DNA from: Amphiscolops sp. MND2022
Taxonomy: Eukaryota
Direction: 5' to 3'
NCBI GenBank assembly: GCA_964187785.1
Contig: OZ076416.1
Coordinates: 62,868,001-62,932,000 of the forward strand
Length of the DNA stretch: 64,000 bases
In this document: in pieces, positions 1 through 11,689 of the stretch
Position numbering within the stretch: position 1 is the first letter of the stretch
How the letters are laid out: each line of letters opens with the position of its first letter
Notes under the pieces: generated by a model
Seen by the model: the letters and a program-made list of their open reading frames with translations, nothing else
What the model was told of the DNA's origin: nothing
Database searches by the model: none
Program-made: the position numbers and the translations under genes

Positions 1-3000
1 GTGACATACAAAGTACAAATACTTAGAAAATGTGATGACTACATTCCGGAAGCACCTGATTTACACAATCATATGAACATCAAAGTGCCGCTGAAATGTG
101 ATCAGGAGAGTCACGCGGCCATTCAAAGTCTTGTTTTGACAACGCTAGTAAACATTTGAAAGGCGCGCAGTGCATCAAATATCATCAAATAAATATTCAA
201 GCAGCTAATATTCTGGGAATGCTAACAATCCTGTGTCGGCACGTGCCCCGTTAGCAGACAGAATTAACTAGTAAGCAACAGTATTACATGTTTTTGCACA
301 TGTTAATCTTCATCTAATATGGCTATAGATTGTACATGTTAACTGGTGAGCACAGCCGGATAGGTCTTCCAGACTGGTGTCTGTAGCAACATCATAGTCT
401 AATATTGATTGCACTAGTCAATTTAGGGAGTTACATGAGTGTTTACATCATAATCACAACCATACATGACTTTTAGAGTACGCGAATTGGTTAGATATAG
501 CAACCGAATAATTGGTTTGAAATGAAGCCTTAACCGGCCACTGTCCGATTGGCTCTAACAACAAGAGATGGTAATCAGGCAAATGGCCTTATCCGGCCAA
601 GTATTAGAACAAAGCGCTAAATTACTAAAATGAGCGTTTAACCAGTATAAAAGCACAACTGTACAACCATTAACAAAGCACAAAGATATTAAGCTATACA
701 TCTCCCTATTATTGCTTTGCGGCCAGAACCGGCCGTTTAACCGAAGCACCGAGTAATACAAGCAATGTTCCGTCATGCGGCCTTAACCGGCCAACTAATA
801 AACACAGCAATAGCACTGCAGGAATGAATGAATGTGATTGGCTAGCGAGATGAGCTCAAGTGACGTCCCCGGAATTGGAGTTTCGTTCACTTGAACTCGT
901 TTCCTTTACGCTATCTAGCCGTGCTTTTAATTGCTTCAATTACCTTATTGTATTGCACTTCTGAATCTCGCAAATATCAACGCACCATCTGAGCCTTTTG
1001 ATTGTTGGCGTTAACAGACTAATACTAGCAAAAGTACATATTAAATGAGAAACTAGCAACGTTAACAAATTCAACTTATAAAACTAACAGAATAATGTAA
1101 AAGTCTGAGTTTCGAATGTTTACCTCTCTAATAGATTGGTAGGGTGACGGTCGCTATTTCCTGCCCTTCTGCCGTCGTTGTGATTTTAGTACCGTCGCAG
1201 GCGGCCGCCTGCGACACCATGGAAGGTCCTTGGGCCTTGGAGTCACTGAATGCAAAAATGTCATTCACCACTTCAATGGTTCAGACAGTCTTTAACTTAA
1301 CGCCTTGGACTATAGGAGCTTTTATCTTTTTCGGTGATATTCAGAAGCAACGCCTTCTCAAAATTGAACCACAGCAATTTTCTCTTTCATACTATTTTTT
1401 CTTTAAACTCAACACTTGCACTATGGTAGTTTCGCCTGGCATACAAACTTTCAACTAGTATTACAAGCAACCCTGAAGAAGGTATTTGCTTGGACAAGTT
1501 CTAGTATATTATCGAGAAGAAAATTGGTTCCTAATAGTTAACGAGATTGAATTTACGTACGTTGATAAAGAAGATAAACTCATCTACAAAACACATACTC
1601 AACATTTATGATGCTTGTATTAAAAGCAACCAAAAGAACAGCCTATTTCTCAAGTACATTCTTTTTTTGGCTGAATGTCTGAAATTATTGAGATATTGGC
1701 CTTTTTCAAGCAATTCCACTCTCCACGTGAAACCCCGTTTTGTGACTAACCGAAAATCCCGAACTCTTTCCTCTTTTGTTTGAAATCGTTTCGAAATCTT
1801 TCACAGACGCAAAACATTTTGCAATGAACCCAGACATTTGTATTTTACTCAATGTCGTAACCTCTTCATAACTTGTATAGAAGATACCATGCCTACCGGT
1901 CAAAGTATTCATTTTTTTACCCACAAAAGATGAACAATATCATCGTCTTCCTACCCAACCTATTAGAGGAAAAATCATTCAAATAAATGAAAATCAGATC
2001 TTTTTCTTGCCTTAAATTCCGCCAATAATTTCAACACCATTGACTAAGAAGCTAATCTGAGTACCAAATTTGATCAGTCAAAAATCATACATTGAAAACT
2101 TGTTATACATACATTACAGGATTAAGATTTTGCTGAACAAAACGCCCTCCACGCCATCTGTGAACTAAAAAGAACTCGGATATTAAACATCCATGTTAAT
2201 TCTGTTGCAAACCCACTACTTTCTGGTTTCCTTTTTTACTCAAAAACTTTTTATGCTGAAGGTTCCACTGTCTGGCTTCGTGACTTCCATCATGCCCTTT
2301 ACATAATTATTGCTGTACTTTGTTCTCACAAAATCCCTATTGATTGTGTATGATGTCTTCGTTTTTGCCTTTGACATGGGTTTTATCGCACTATTACTCA
2401 AGCTATGCTTAACACCGTTGACCCTGATTCTGCCAAGGATTCAGGCGCTCCAAATATCCCTCAGTCTAAAACTGACAAAACGTCCATTATGCTACCAAAG
2501 TAATTTTTAAAATTGAGAAATAGAATTACAATGCATTACCTTTAACGTCAACTTCTAATAACGACTTTTCTCTGCATTATCTACCAAGAGTTCCAATGTT
2601 TTACTCATTAAAAACAATATGACACTGTGCTAATCTCTCCTCTAAAGAGTTAGAACAAGCTCTCTTCGAAAAACTGTCCTAAATTACCTTCGTTAAAATT
2701 GCAGAAACTTTTCAATCATCAAACTCGTTTCAAGACACTCAGTTCGAAACGTCTTCCAATGATTCTCCAGGTTAACTGATCTAAACGCTAATCTAATCCA
2801 ACCTGCTGATACTCCACAAATTTTGATACTCCTCAAAAGATTCAATGATCAATTTCCGCTGTTCGTCTACTAGTCACTTATTCTCTTCAAGCTTAAATCT
2901 GCACTTAATTGAAACGATTCATCCTTCAACTTCAAACAAAACACAAAAAAATCTCTGTCAAAACAAAAAAGAATGTCTTATTCTTTTCTCAAATTTGCTT

Positions 3001-3266
3001 CCCTTTCTCCTAAAACTCTCCTCGTCCAACTGTAGCTCAATGCACCATAAACTCCAAATTCCGAATGATAATACACACCCTTTCTATTAAAAGTTTTCTA
3101 TTAAAAGCTGGAATTAGGCTGTTTTTATATTTCCAAAGGTATAAAAGGCATTTGTAATCTAAAAAATGTCTATCAGCAAGAATTTAGGAAGAAAACCTCT
3201 AATTTTTAATTTCATCAAGTCATTCACACCTCTTCAGTCTTCTTCAATTTCAAACCTAACTCTCTC

Positions 3267-3270
<4 letters not shown>

Positions 3271-3320
<50 letters not shown>
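3271..3320. repeat. (TC)25 microsatellite
   Basis: Uninterrupted TC dinucleotide run read directly from the sequence. Confidence 0.98.
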
Positions 3321-3322
<2 letters not shown>

Positions 3323-4760
3323 ATAAAAAAGATGGTCGCTCTTTAAAAGTAACTTCTTATATCTATACCTTTACCCACCCAACTTCCATCGAAACTTGAG
3401 AGGAGTATCGGCTTTCACTCTGTCGCCTCTGTGTTTTTTTTATCTCTGCCGGCCGCCATCACTCCTCCTTTTTCACTCCTCGATGACGTGTTTGATGAAC
3501 AACTCTTTTGAATGAGTATTCATTCGGCCGCTTCCGCATTTCCGAACCCAATACTCACCAACATGTTCAACATCGTGGTTGATCAAGTTGATTTTCACAC
3601 CTCAACAATCTTCGTTCCTTCCATTTCCTCAGTTCCGCCGCCATCACTCCCTCAAATGGCAGCTCCACAGCATCCCTTCAGTTGGACACATCACACGACA
3701 TCTTATACAACGAAAGCCCCGTCATCCACGATGGGGACATTTGCCCCTGGAGAAGCTGGTTCCGTCGCGAAAACAACAGCCAACACAGTGGTTTGCAGAC
3801 TTTCCCGAATTCAATGACGCGCAAAAACACACTTTTGCACTACTAATATTATTGTCTGAATTCTTCCGTCAAATTGGCGGCACTTTGAAGTTCACTTTTT
3901 CCTCATTTCTAGAAAACACATTTTGGTAGTCGCAAAAGCCAATTTTCCTCAATTCTTGAAAAACACAAAGTTCCCTGTTTGGCGTCGTAATGTAGGAATT
4001 GTATTCAGACATTTACTAGCACAATGATAGAAAATTTTGAATGCTGTCGCTAGATCCAATTAAATTCTTTGTTTTAAGTTCATCCACTCGTGTCACAGGT
4101 GCTACGCAAATGTGGGCAAAAAACAATTCCTACTCGTGTATCTGTAGTTAGAACTTGAGTAATTGAAATTCCCCCTTCCAAACATCCTATGACTGATTGC
4201 CTTCTGTTCTTCCCCCAAAAAAACTGCAATCTCCAAATGCCATACTTTTAAATCTCAAGATACATGTTACAAATGACCCTTTCCTTTCTCTCTCCGTATC
4301 GTTGACATAGCTCGAAGACGTTGTCCGACAAATACTCTCCATATTACTTTCATATGTAATGTTATGTACCTTTTCATTGGTGAAAAACAAACATACTTCT
4401 CTGAAAACTGGTAACCTACTCAATTTGAAACTTGAAAACTTTGCACATTAAGTCTTCTTAACACTTAGCTCTAACTCTTTGCACAGGAAAGATTTCAACC
4501 AGAACAACTAAAGCACGGAAAATACTCAAACTCTATATGCAAAACTACGAGCTCCTAATTAAAGTCCGAACCTCACATTGTAAAACAGAATTTTCAGTAG
4601 ATTCTAGGACTTTACAATTCTCAAATAACTATTAGTAAACTCAACACCTTAAATGGTTCATGCCACTTTCAAATTCCGTCAAACTTACGAAATTGATACA
4701 AACCCAAACAACACCCACTGTGACAAACCCACATTACAGTGCATAGGCAAGCTATTTTGC

Positions 4761-4833
4761 TGCTTGTCGTGGAATCCGGGACACGAAAATTACTGTGCTT
4801 GTCCGTGGAATGCTTGTCCGTGGAATCCGGGAC
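4761..4833 (+). repeat. Short tandem motif TGCTTGTC(C)GTGGAA(TCCGGGAC) x3
   Basis: Three copies at 4761, 4796 and 4811, just upstream of the Gypsy gag remnant. Confidence 0.85.
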
Positions 4834-5049
4834 TTATGACGTAATTCGCCAATTTTGCACGGTTAAAGGTATGGTTGTGGAATCCGAGGTATTGAAAGTA
4901 CAAAATTGTGCTTTGAGCAAATTTAGCTTGCCTATGCACTCTAATGCAAAGCAGTGCTTCACTCGATGCTAGTTCACCCGAACCTAAACTTTTTCAAAAG
5001 CTGCTAGTGTGATATGACTCTAATTTTATTTCATCTGTCTTTTTTATTG

Positions 5050-6290
5050 TAGTTTTGACCGAGAAATGGAAATTGTGGACGAAGTGTTTCGAGAACGATT
5101 TACGTATCATTGACAGAACCGAAAAGCTGACAAATTAGTTTTTGTTCGTAAATTTGCCGGCTCCGACTACTGCACACTCCTCGAAAGTTGTGAAACATTT
5201 GCGGACGCTCTGAGAACGTTGGGCAGGTAGTTCCTGAAACCCACGAGAGTGCCCTTTGCCCGTCATCAAATGCTCCGTGTCGGTCAAAAGGACGACGAAT
5301 CCTTCGTATAGTTTTCTGAAAGGCCGCCTTGCACCATTCGCACTTTTCATCGGATGATGGGCTCGAGACTACCGCTATTTTGTGCATTACTTCCACCTGC
5401 CATCCTGGATGTCAGTCTCAATTTCGCCGGAAGAAATGAAAAGTTCAAGCATTGATTGATACCGGGTCCACAGGATCTTTTATCAGCGCCTCAACAGCTG
5501 CCAAAGATAGTCAAGAGGTCTGCGCGAAACGCAACGTTACTGCTTTGGCAATTGGCGACACCTTGGTTACGACAGGTACCGCTCAACCTAAAATTGAGGT
5601 AAAGCAAAAGACCTACAAAGTTACTTTAACCATCGCAAAACACCTTGTTGCAAATGATATTCTCGGGCTTGATTTTCTCCAACAACATCACTCTGTCAGA
5701 CTGGAGTTAGGTGGTGAATCAACCAGAGACCATTATATGTGCTGGGCTCAATTAATTGACGTTCCCTGTAATACAAATCTCCCATCCGACCATACTCTCA
5801 AGTGTATGGTGCAAAATCGATCGCTACGAAATCGCGCCGTCACCAATATTATCCCGTCACTTCCGGAATATGCAAGATCTGCTTGATTAGGCATCTGAAG
5901 ACACTATTTTCCCAAAAATCGATTCCAAATCTGCGTATCATCAATTCCCACTCCAGCAAAAGGACATGCCAGTCACTGCGTTCGAAGTAAACAGACAGAT
6001 TTTGGAGTTCAGTAGGATTCCCGAGCAATAAAACGAACGAAAAGTGTGAGCCTTTGAGTACCAGCTCAACCGGAAGCGCAGGCAAGCAAATGTAACTTAA
6101 TGATGTGATCATCGAATGAAGGTTCGTGGAGGAACACCAAAAAATCTGAGGAACTTCCTTAAAGCAGCCGAGATTCAGCGTCTGAAGTTATACAAAAGCA
6201 AGCGGGTTTTTGGCGGTAAGACAGTGCCAAAGCTCGCTCATATTGTGAGAGCTTGATCTAAACGCCCCAATTCGAGCCTAATAAGACTCT
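5050..6290 (+). mobile_element. Decayed Ty3/Gypsy retrotransposon fragment (gag, aspartic protease, start of RT)
   Basis: Manual translation gives gag-like FLKPTRVPFARHQMLRVGQKDDESF (~5230-5310), protease IDTGSTGSFIS (ORF 5452-5886) and RT motif FPKIDSKSAYHQFPLQQKDMPVTAFEV...EFSRIP (~5920-6030). Stops and frameshifts present; RT truncated. Confidence 0.85.
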
Positions 6291-6367
6291 AATGGATTTA
6301 ACTATCACCGAAACTCGTCCTTCAAGTGGGAGCTGCGTGGCATCAGCTTCAGTTAGAAAGGGATAGT

Positions 6368-6460
6368 TTAACAACAGCGTTGTTAGTGATAAGTCGAATG
6401 ATTGTAGAGATTAACCAAGCCATTTGTTCTAAAGGTTAAGGCGTTTGACTGCTAGCTAGA
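6368..6460 (+). repeat. Truncated third copy of the Copia leader / tRNA-Ser(GCT)-like sequence
   Basis: TAACAACAGCGTTGTTAGTGATAAGTCGAA...GGTTAAGGCGTTTGACTGCTAGCTAGA aligns by eye with 16533-16625 and 11092-11184. Confidence 0.75.
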
Positions 6461-6470
6461 TCGGGAACAA

Positions 6471-6525
6471 GACGTTTCGGCGACAGAAATTTCGGCGACA
6501 GGCGTTTCGGTGACAGACGTTTCGG
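6471..6525 (+). repeat. 15-bp tandem repeat GACGTTTCGGCGACA x3.7
   Basis: Units at 6471, 6486, 6501 and 6516; resembles subterminal repeats of DNA transposons or MITEs. Confidence 0.9.
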
Positions 6526-6799
6526 TTTGACTTTTGCTTTAGATTGGTTGAGAAAAACAATCAATAATCTTGCTGTCTTGTCGGCGAAGGTACTGTTTAA
6601 TTTCCATTTCCTGAACTTGTAGGAAGGTTTTTCAGGTTTTATGGAAGGCCCCGAAAAATAAATTGTTTATAGTCATTATTTCCATTATGATATATTTTTG
6701 CGGTACCCCTGGTGTCATCACCACCCCCGACCTTCTTGGGTTCTTGGGGCTAGATTATTGACGGCGATCTGTCATCTGGCAAAAACATTTTTGGTGGTG

Positions 6800-9700
6800 A
6801 AACTAGTGTTTCGGGGCTTGTCTATAGGCTACGGTTTTCTTATGGTAGCCAGTAATCAAAAGATGTTTTCAGCTCCTGGCATGAAAACATTCTCGGTACC
6901 AATACGTCACTCAGAAAACTCTCAACCCCTGAGCAGCCTAATAGATCCAGAAGAAACCATCATTGACAACCTTGCTCAGGAACTTTCCAACGTTGAAGCC
7001 ACTCGTTTTGTCAAGCGAGATAGGAGGGTCTTGGGACGGTTATAATAAAAAATTTTTTCAGCAGAAGATGCAGGAAAACCGATCTTTGTACTTCATACAA
7101 CAAGGAGTTAAGATCATTAGATGTTATAACTGCCAGAAATTTGGACACGCAAAGTGCAAATTTGAAAAACATTGCAGTCACTGAAGCCAGAAACATAACT
7201 TCACGGATTGCCCGAAAAAACATCTTGGCCACACGTTTGCAAACTGCAGTAATAATCATCAGACTGACTCATTTGATTGTCAATTGTACCTGAACCAAAT
7301 TTAAAAAGTCTACAACGCAAGGAATATTCCTCTCCCCAAATCTGCCATGAAAGCTTTACAAAACAACAATGGAAAATAAAACGGCTCTCTCTGTACAAAA
7401 TAACATCTGTGGTATAAGTGAACTTGGTGAAAATTTTCCAGATGAGAAACGTCCCTTCTTCGTTTGTCTCAACGAAACGAAAAAATTTTCGAATTTTGAT
7501 TTCTTCAATAACTTCCACACGGAAGCTTCCCAGACTGGAAGTTCTGGTGGAGTCGCGTTTTCACTTAACCAAGAGATCTTCTATACAGGATTCAACCACC
7601 TCGAATGCCCAGATTTAGACAGCGTGTGGATTTGGGCGTTCTCGGAGACCTCAAACTATTGATAGCTACTGTTTACATCAGACCATAAAACATTGACTAC
7701 CTTAAGTCATTCCTTAAACATCTGGAAGCAGTCCAACATTTCATTAAAACTAACCAACTTGTCGTTTTAATTTTTTGGGTGACCTTATCGCTAGGCATGA
7801 ATACTGGGGTGACTCTACTAGCAATCTTCATCGCCTAGAACTTTACAACCACTTACCATATGAACTCTCCATTATTAACTACGGTGACCGTACTTGTCTC
7901 TCATTTAACGTGAACAGCTTCAATAGTTTAATCATAGGCAGTGGAAAATTGGAGGTCACGTGCCTGTTCTACTTGACATCTCTCCCTTGGAGTACTCCAA
8001 ATTAGTTAATGACCGAGTGTGGTTAGAAAAAGCTGATTGCGCCAGTTGGACAAATTCACTAGAAAAATTAGCGAAAATATAATGGAAATCGATGTTTGTA
8101 ATGAAGTTTGGTCAAGGATCAGGCAGTCAATAAGCGAAGGTTCGGTTAAAATCATTCCAACTAAAAAATCAAGCCACCGCAGTAAGCCCTTCTGGAACGC
8201 TAACCTATCTGCGGCTTGTAATGAGGTACAAAAATGTCGTAAACAGTTCAGCTTAAAATCAAACTACTCTAATGGTCTAGCACTGGACACAGCTGAAGAA
8301 CACTTCAAAACTTCGCTTGCCCTGGAAGCTTCAACTTGGATACAAAGAATATTGCGAGAATTTGGCTACAAAGGGGTAAAGACTTCTGGAAGACCTACCA
8401 CAGGCTATTTAAGAAGAACACAGTTAATATTGACCCCATCCACACTTCCTCGCAACAACTTGCATGCAAGAACTCAGAGATTGCCGACGAATTCCGAAAA
8501 GTTTTTTTTGAAGGTAAACATCTTTTCACTCGAAACGTTGACGAAGACAATCATGAATATGGGAAAAGTCAAATTCAGTCAATTCGAATTATAATGAACA
8601 TAAAGATGACCTTTATAAAGATGAAATATTCATATCTGAACTAGAACAAGCTCTCAGAGTACTTCCACCTACTGGGTCCTTCGACATTGACAACTTACAT
8701 ATATTGATACTGAAACATTTGGGCTCCCGAGCCAAGCTAGCCGTCCTTCATCTATTCAAAAAATGCTGGGCCGAGAGCATCTGGCCTTGGAACATATCAA
8801 AAAAAATCTTCATCAGAAAACCAATCATAAAATTCTACTCTGAATGTTCTAGTTTTCGACCACTGACAATTTCTGTTCGAATGGGAAAAGTAAAGGAAAT
8901 GGTTATAACCAAAAGATTGACCCTGCACTATGAACGAAACAACTTGATACAGCAACAGCAAGAAGGTTTCCGAGCTAAGCGCAGCACTACCCGGTCCGTT
9001 TATTGACTACACCTTGAAATGGAGTCAATCAAGCCTTTCAAAAAACCCTCAGTTTTACTTAACGTTGACTTAGAGAAAACGTTCGACACTGTATTGGATT
9101 GACGTACTTTACAACAAGATTTAGCTTGTCGCCGATAGTAAGTCCAATAGGTTTTGTGCTCGACACGAGTGCTTATGTATCAGGGTTTATCGTAGGCAAG
9201 TTGATTGCAGACACCTGTCAATTTAGCGGCATCAATTCGGTTTTGAATCCGTTGTCCACTCCTCTCCATTTTCGACACCATGATTCTATTTTTCTAAAGG
9301 CCGAGTTCAACCGAATTTGCACGTCTTCGGGGTTTTTGCTCGTAACTAGTACAGATGTAACGTCAGCAAATTTGAAACTGTTCGTATGTGTTGCCAAAAA
9401 ATCATTGATGTAGATAATGAATGGAAGAAGCGAAATTACACTGTCTTGGGGGAGCCCTGTATTCGTTACAGAGCACTCCGATTTGAAGTTGCTAATTTGT
9501 ATAAACAATTTTCTGTTTCAGGAGAAAATGTTGATGATGTGTATCCTTCTCCAAGACGACTTAACTAGGAAAAGGCTACACATCATCAACATTTTCTCCT
9601 GAAACAGAAAATTGTTTATACAAATTAGCAACTTCAACTCGGAATACTCTGTAACGAAGACAGGGCTCCCCCAAGACAGTGTAATTTCGCTTCTTCCATT

Positions 9701-10630
9701 CATTATCTACATCAATGATTTTTTGGCAACACCTACGAACAGTTTCAAATTTGCTGACGTTACATCTGTACTAGTTACGAGCAAAAACCCCGAAGACGTG
9801 CAAATTCGGTTGAACTCGGCTTTTAGAAAAATAGAATCATGGTGTCGAAAATGGAGAGAGGTGGACAACGGATCCAAAACCGAATTGATGCTGCTAAATT
9901 GCCAGGTGTCTGCAATCAACCTGCCTACGAAAAACCCTGATACATAAGCACTCGTATCGAGCACAAATCCTATTGGACTTACTATAGACGACAAGCTAAA
10001 TTACCATGAACACTTGAAAACGGTCACGGTCGAAGCAGCGAGAAACTGGGGGTCCAGCATTCCCACTCTGATCCTACGTTCAAAGCAGTAATTCTGCCAC
10101 AGATAAAGTTCGCCGCACTAATTTGGAGACATAAAAATATCTCCGATCTCATGTAAGTTTCGGAACAACATAATTCGATCAATATTTAGAAATTGTATAC
10201 CACCTCCTATTGCTGCTAGGAAGCTCCTGTTAGTAATTTTTCCTCTGGACTTGTACGGCGATTCGCTCGACATCAAATTTCTAATCAAAGTTACCTTACA
10301 ATCTGACCTTGTCTCAACTGCTCATGCTGAACCTCTCCGAGTTAAAAGCACAGCGCATAACCTTCATTGCTAACTGAATAGATGTCCTAAATGCTTTAAC
10401 ATTAGTAATGATGCAATTCTCCAAGATATAATAAAAGTTCGTGGAGAATGTATAAACCTGCATCACCCATGTGCTCCTGATGATTCTCTGAAGGAAATAC
10501 TTACCACTTTTCCTTCAATTGTCACCCTGAATGACAACTACAGACCCCATAGCCTCCAAACTCTTAACCACCATATGATGCGTGAAGAATGCACTTCCTT
10601 CAAACTTTTTTTCTAAAAATCAAGAAAATG
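6800..10630 (+). mobile_element. Decayed non-LTR retrotransposon (I/Jockey-like LINE): ORF1 zinc knuckle, AP endonuclease, RT
   Basis: ORF1 knuckle IIRCYNCQKFGHAKC (~7110-7170); endonuclease-like CLNETK and GDLIARHEYWGD; linker KPFWN; RT motifs SFRPLT, QQEGFRAKRSTT, NVDLEKTFDTV, GLPQDSVISLLPFIIYIND, FADV. Many stops and frameshifts; cut at the right by a Copia LTR. Confidence 0.88.
9120..10001. repeat. Long inverted repeat (fold-back duplication) inside the LINE RT, ~430-bp arms and ~20-bp spacer
   Basis: 9120-~9549 is the reverse complement of ~9570-10001. ORFs 9218-9508(-) and 9612-9947(+) encode near-identical RT peptides. Confidence 0.95.
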
Positions 10631-11097
10631 TGTTAGAGACCGATGAAGGCCAAAGGACTTTTGAAAATTAGGCAACTCAGACCATACCAGAATGAATTAA
10701 TTTAGTTTATTAATGTTGTTTGTAATCATGTACCTGTTTCTTTTATCTTCACTTGACTGAATCACTTTCTCAACACGTATCTCAAAAAGAATTGACAATA
10801 TTCAATCTTCAATATTGCGCAGTCTCTTTCTATATTACACAGCGCTCTCTGAAAACTGTTGGTTCTATTTATATAACCTTCACTGTTGTTTCTTTTTATA
10901 CAGAAACGTGAAATCAATTATTCATTCATCTTGAATAATTCGACATCCCAGCCAAGATCAGAAGGACTTTAGACACAAAGAAACTGCAATAAACCACACT
11001 TCCGGCTGCCGAACTATAAATACTAAATTTACTCTGGTTACAAACTGATTCACTCAACTTTCGCCCGCAAATAGGATCTCAATTTAGACGTGTAACA
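10631..11097 (+). mobile_element. Copia LTR (copy 1, 467 bp)
   Basis: TGTTA...TAACA termini; aligns over its length with 16069-16538, with scattered substitutions. Confidence 0.9.
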
Positions 11098-11142
11098 ACG
11101 GCCTTGTAAGTGATAAGTCGAAAGATTGGTGAGATTGAACAA

Positions 11143-11217
11143 GCCCTTTGGTCTAGGGGATAAGGCGCTTGACTGCCAGTTAGACCTCTTGAAATGCAGG
11201 TTCGAGTCCTGTAATGG
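11143..11217 (+). pseudogene. tRNA-Ser(GCT)-like sequence directly after LTR copy 1
   Basis: A-box-like TGGTCTAGGGG, B-box GGTTCGAGTCC and extended variable region; anticodon region is CTGCCAG here and CTGCTAG in the sister copy. Confidence 0.65.
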
Positions 11218-11689
11218 ATATTTTCTCAAAATCATGTCGAGTTTTGGTTGTTATAGGTACAATTCACCGAAAGACATTTTGCTGAAACCCAATTTGCCGA
11301 ACATGAAGGACAATTTGCCAATTTTTTTTCGGCAAAAAGTCCTTTTGAATTTGTTGAATCTTGTAGGGACAATTTGCCGATTACCTAGCGTTTTTTAGAA
11401 GGAGATGAGGCCCTAACAATGTATGGACACAGTAGTTTGGTGAGTTTTTTCAAACTTTTTTCTGCTTACTCTCACTGTGCTTGTCTGATCTTTTTTTCTC
11501 GTTCTCAATTTTTGCCTTTTGCGTCTCGGATATCCACAATGTTGCTTCTTATGCCGTCCGTTACGGCCGTTCTGCTTCTGCCAACTTACGTGTAGATTAT
11601 TTTTGAGGGAATTCCTGTTTTGCTGCCCCATTTTTGTTGCAATTACTTCTTTCTGCCTGTTCCAGGATATTGTTTGGAGTTTGTGAGGT

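Noticed and set aside
30-275. Possible small spliced host exons (KCDDYIPEAPDLHNH...)
   Set aside because: Splice-like sites are present but there is no recognisable protein or independent support.
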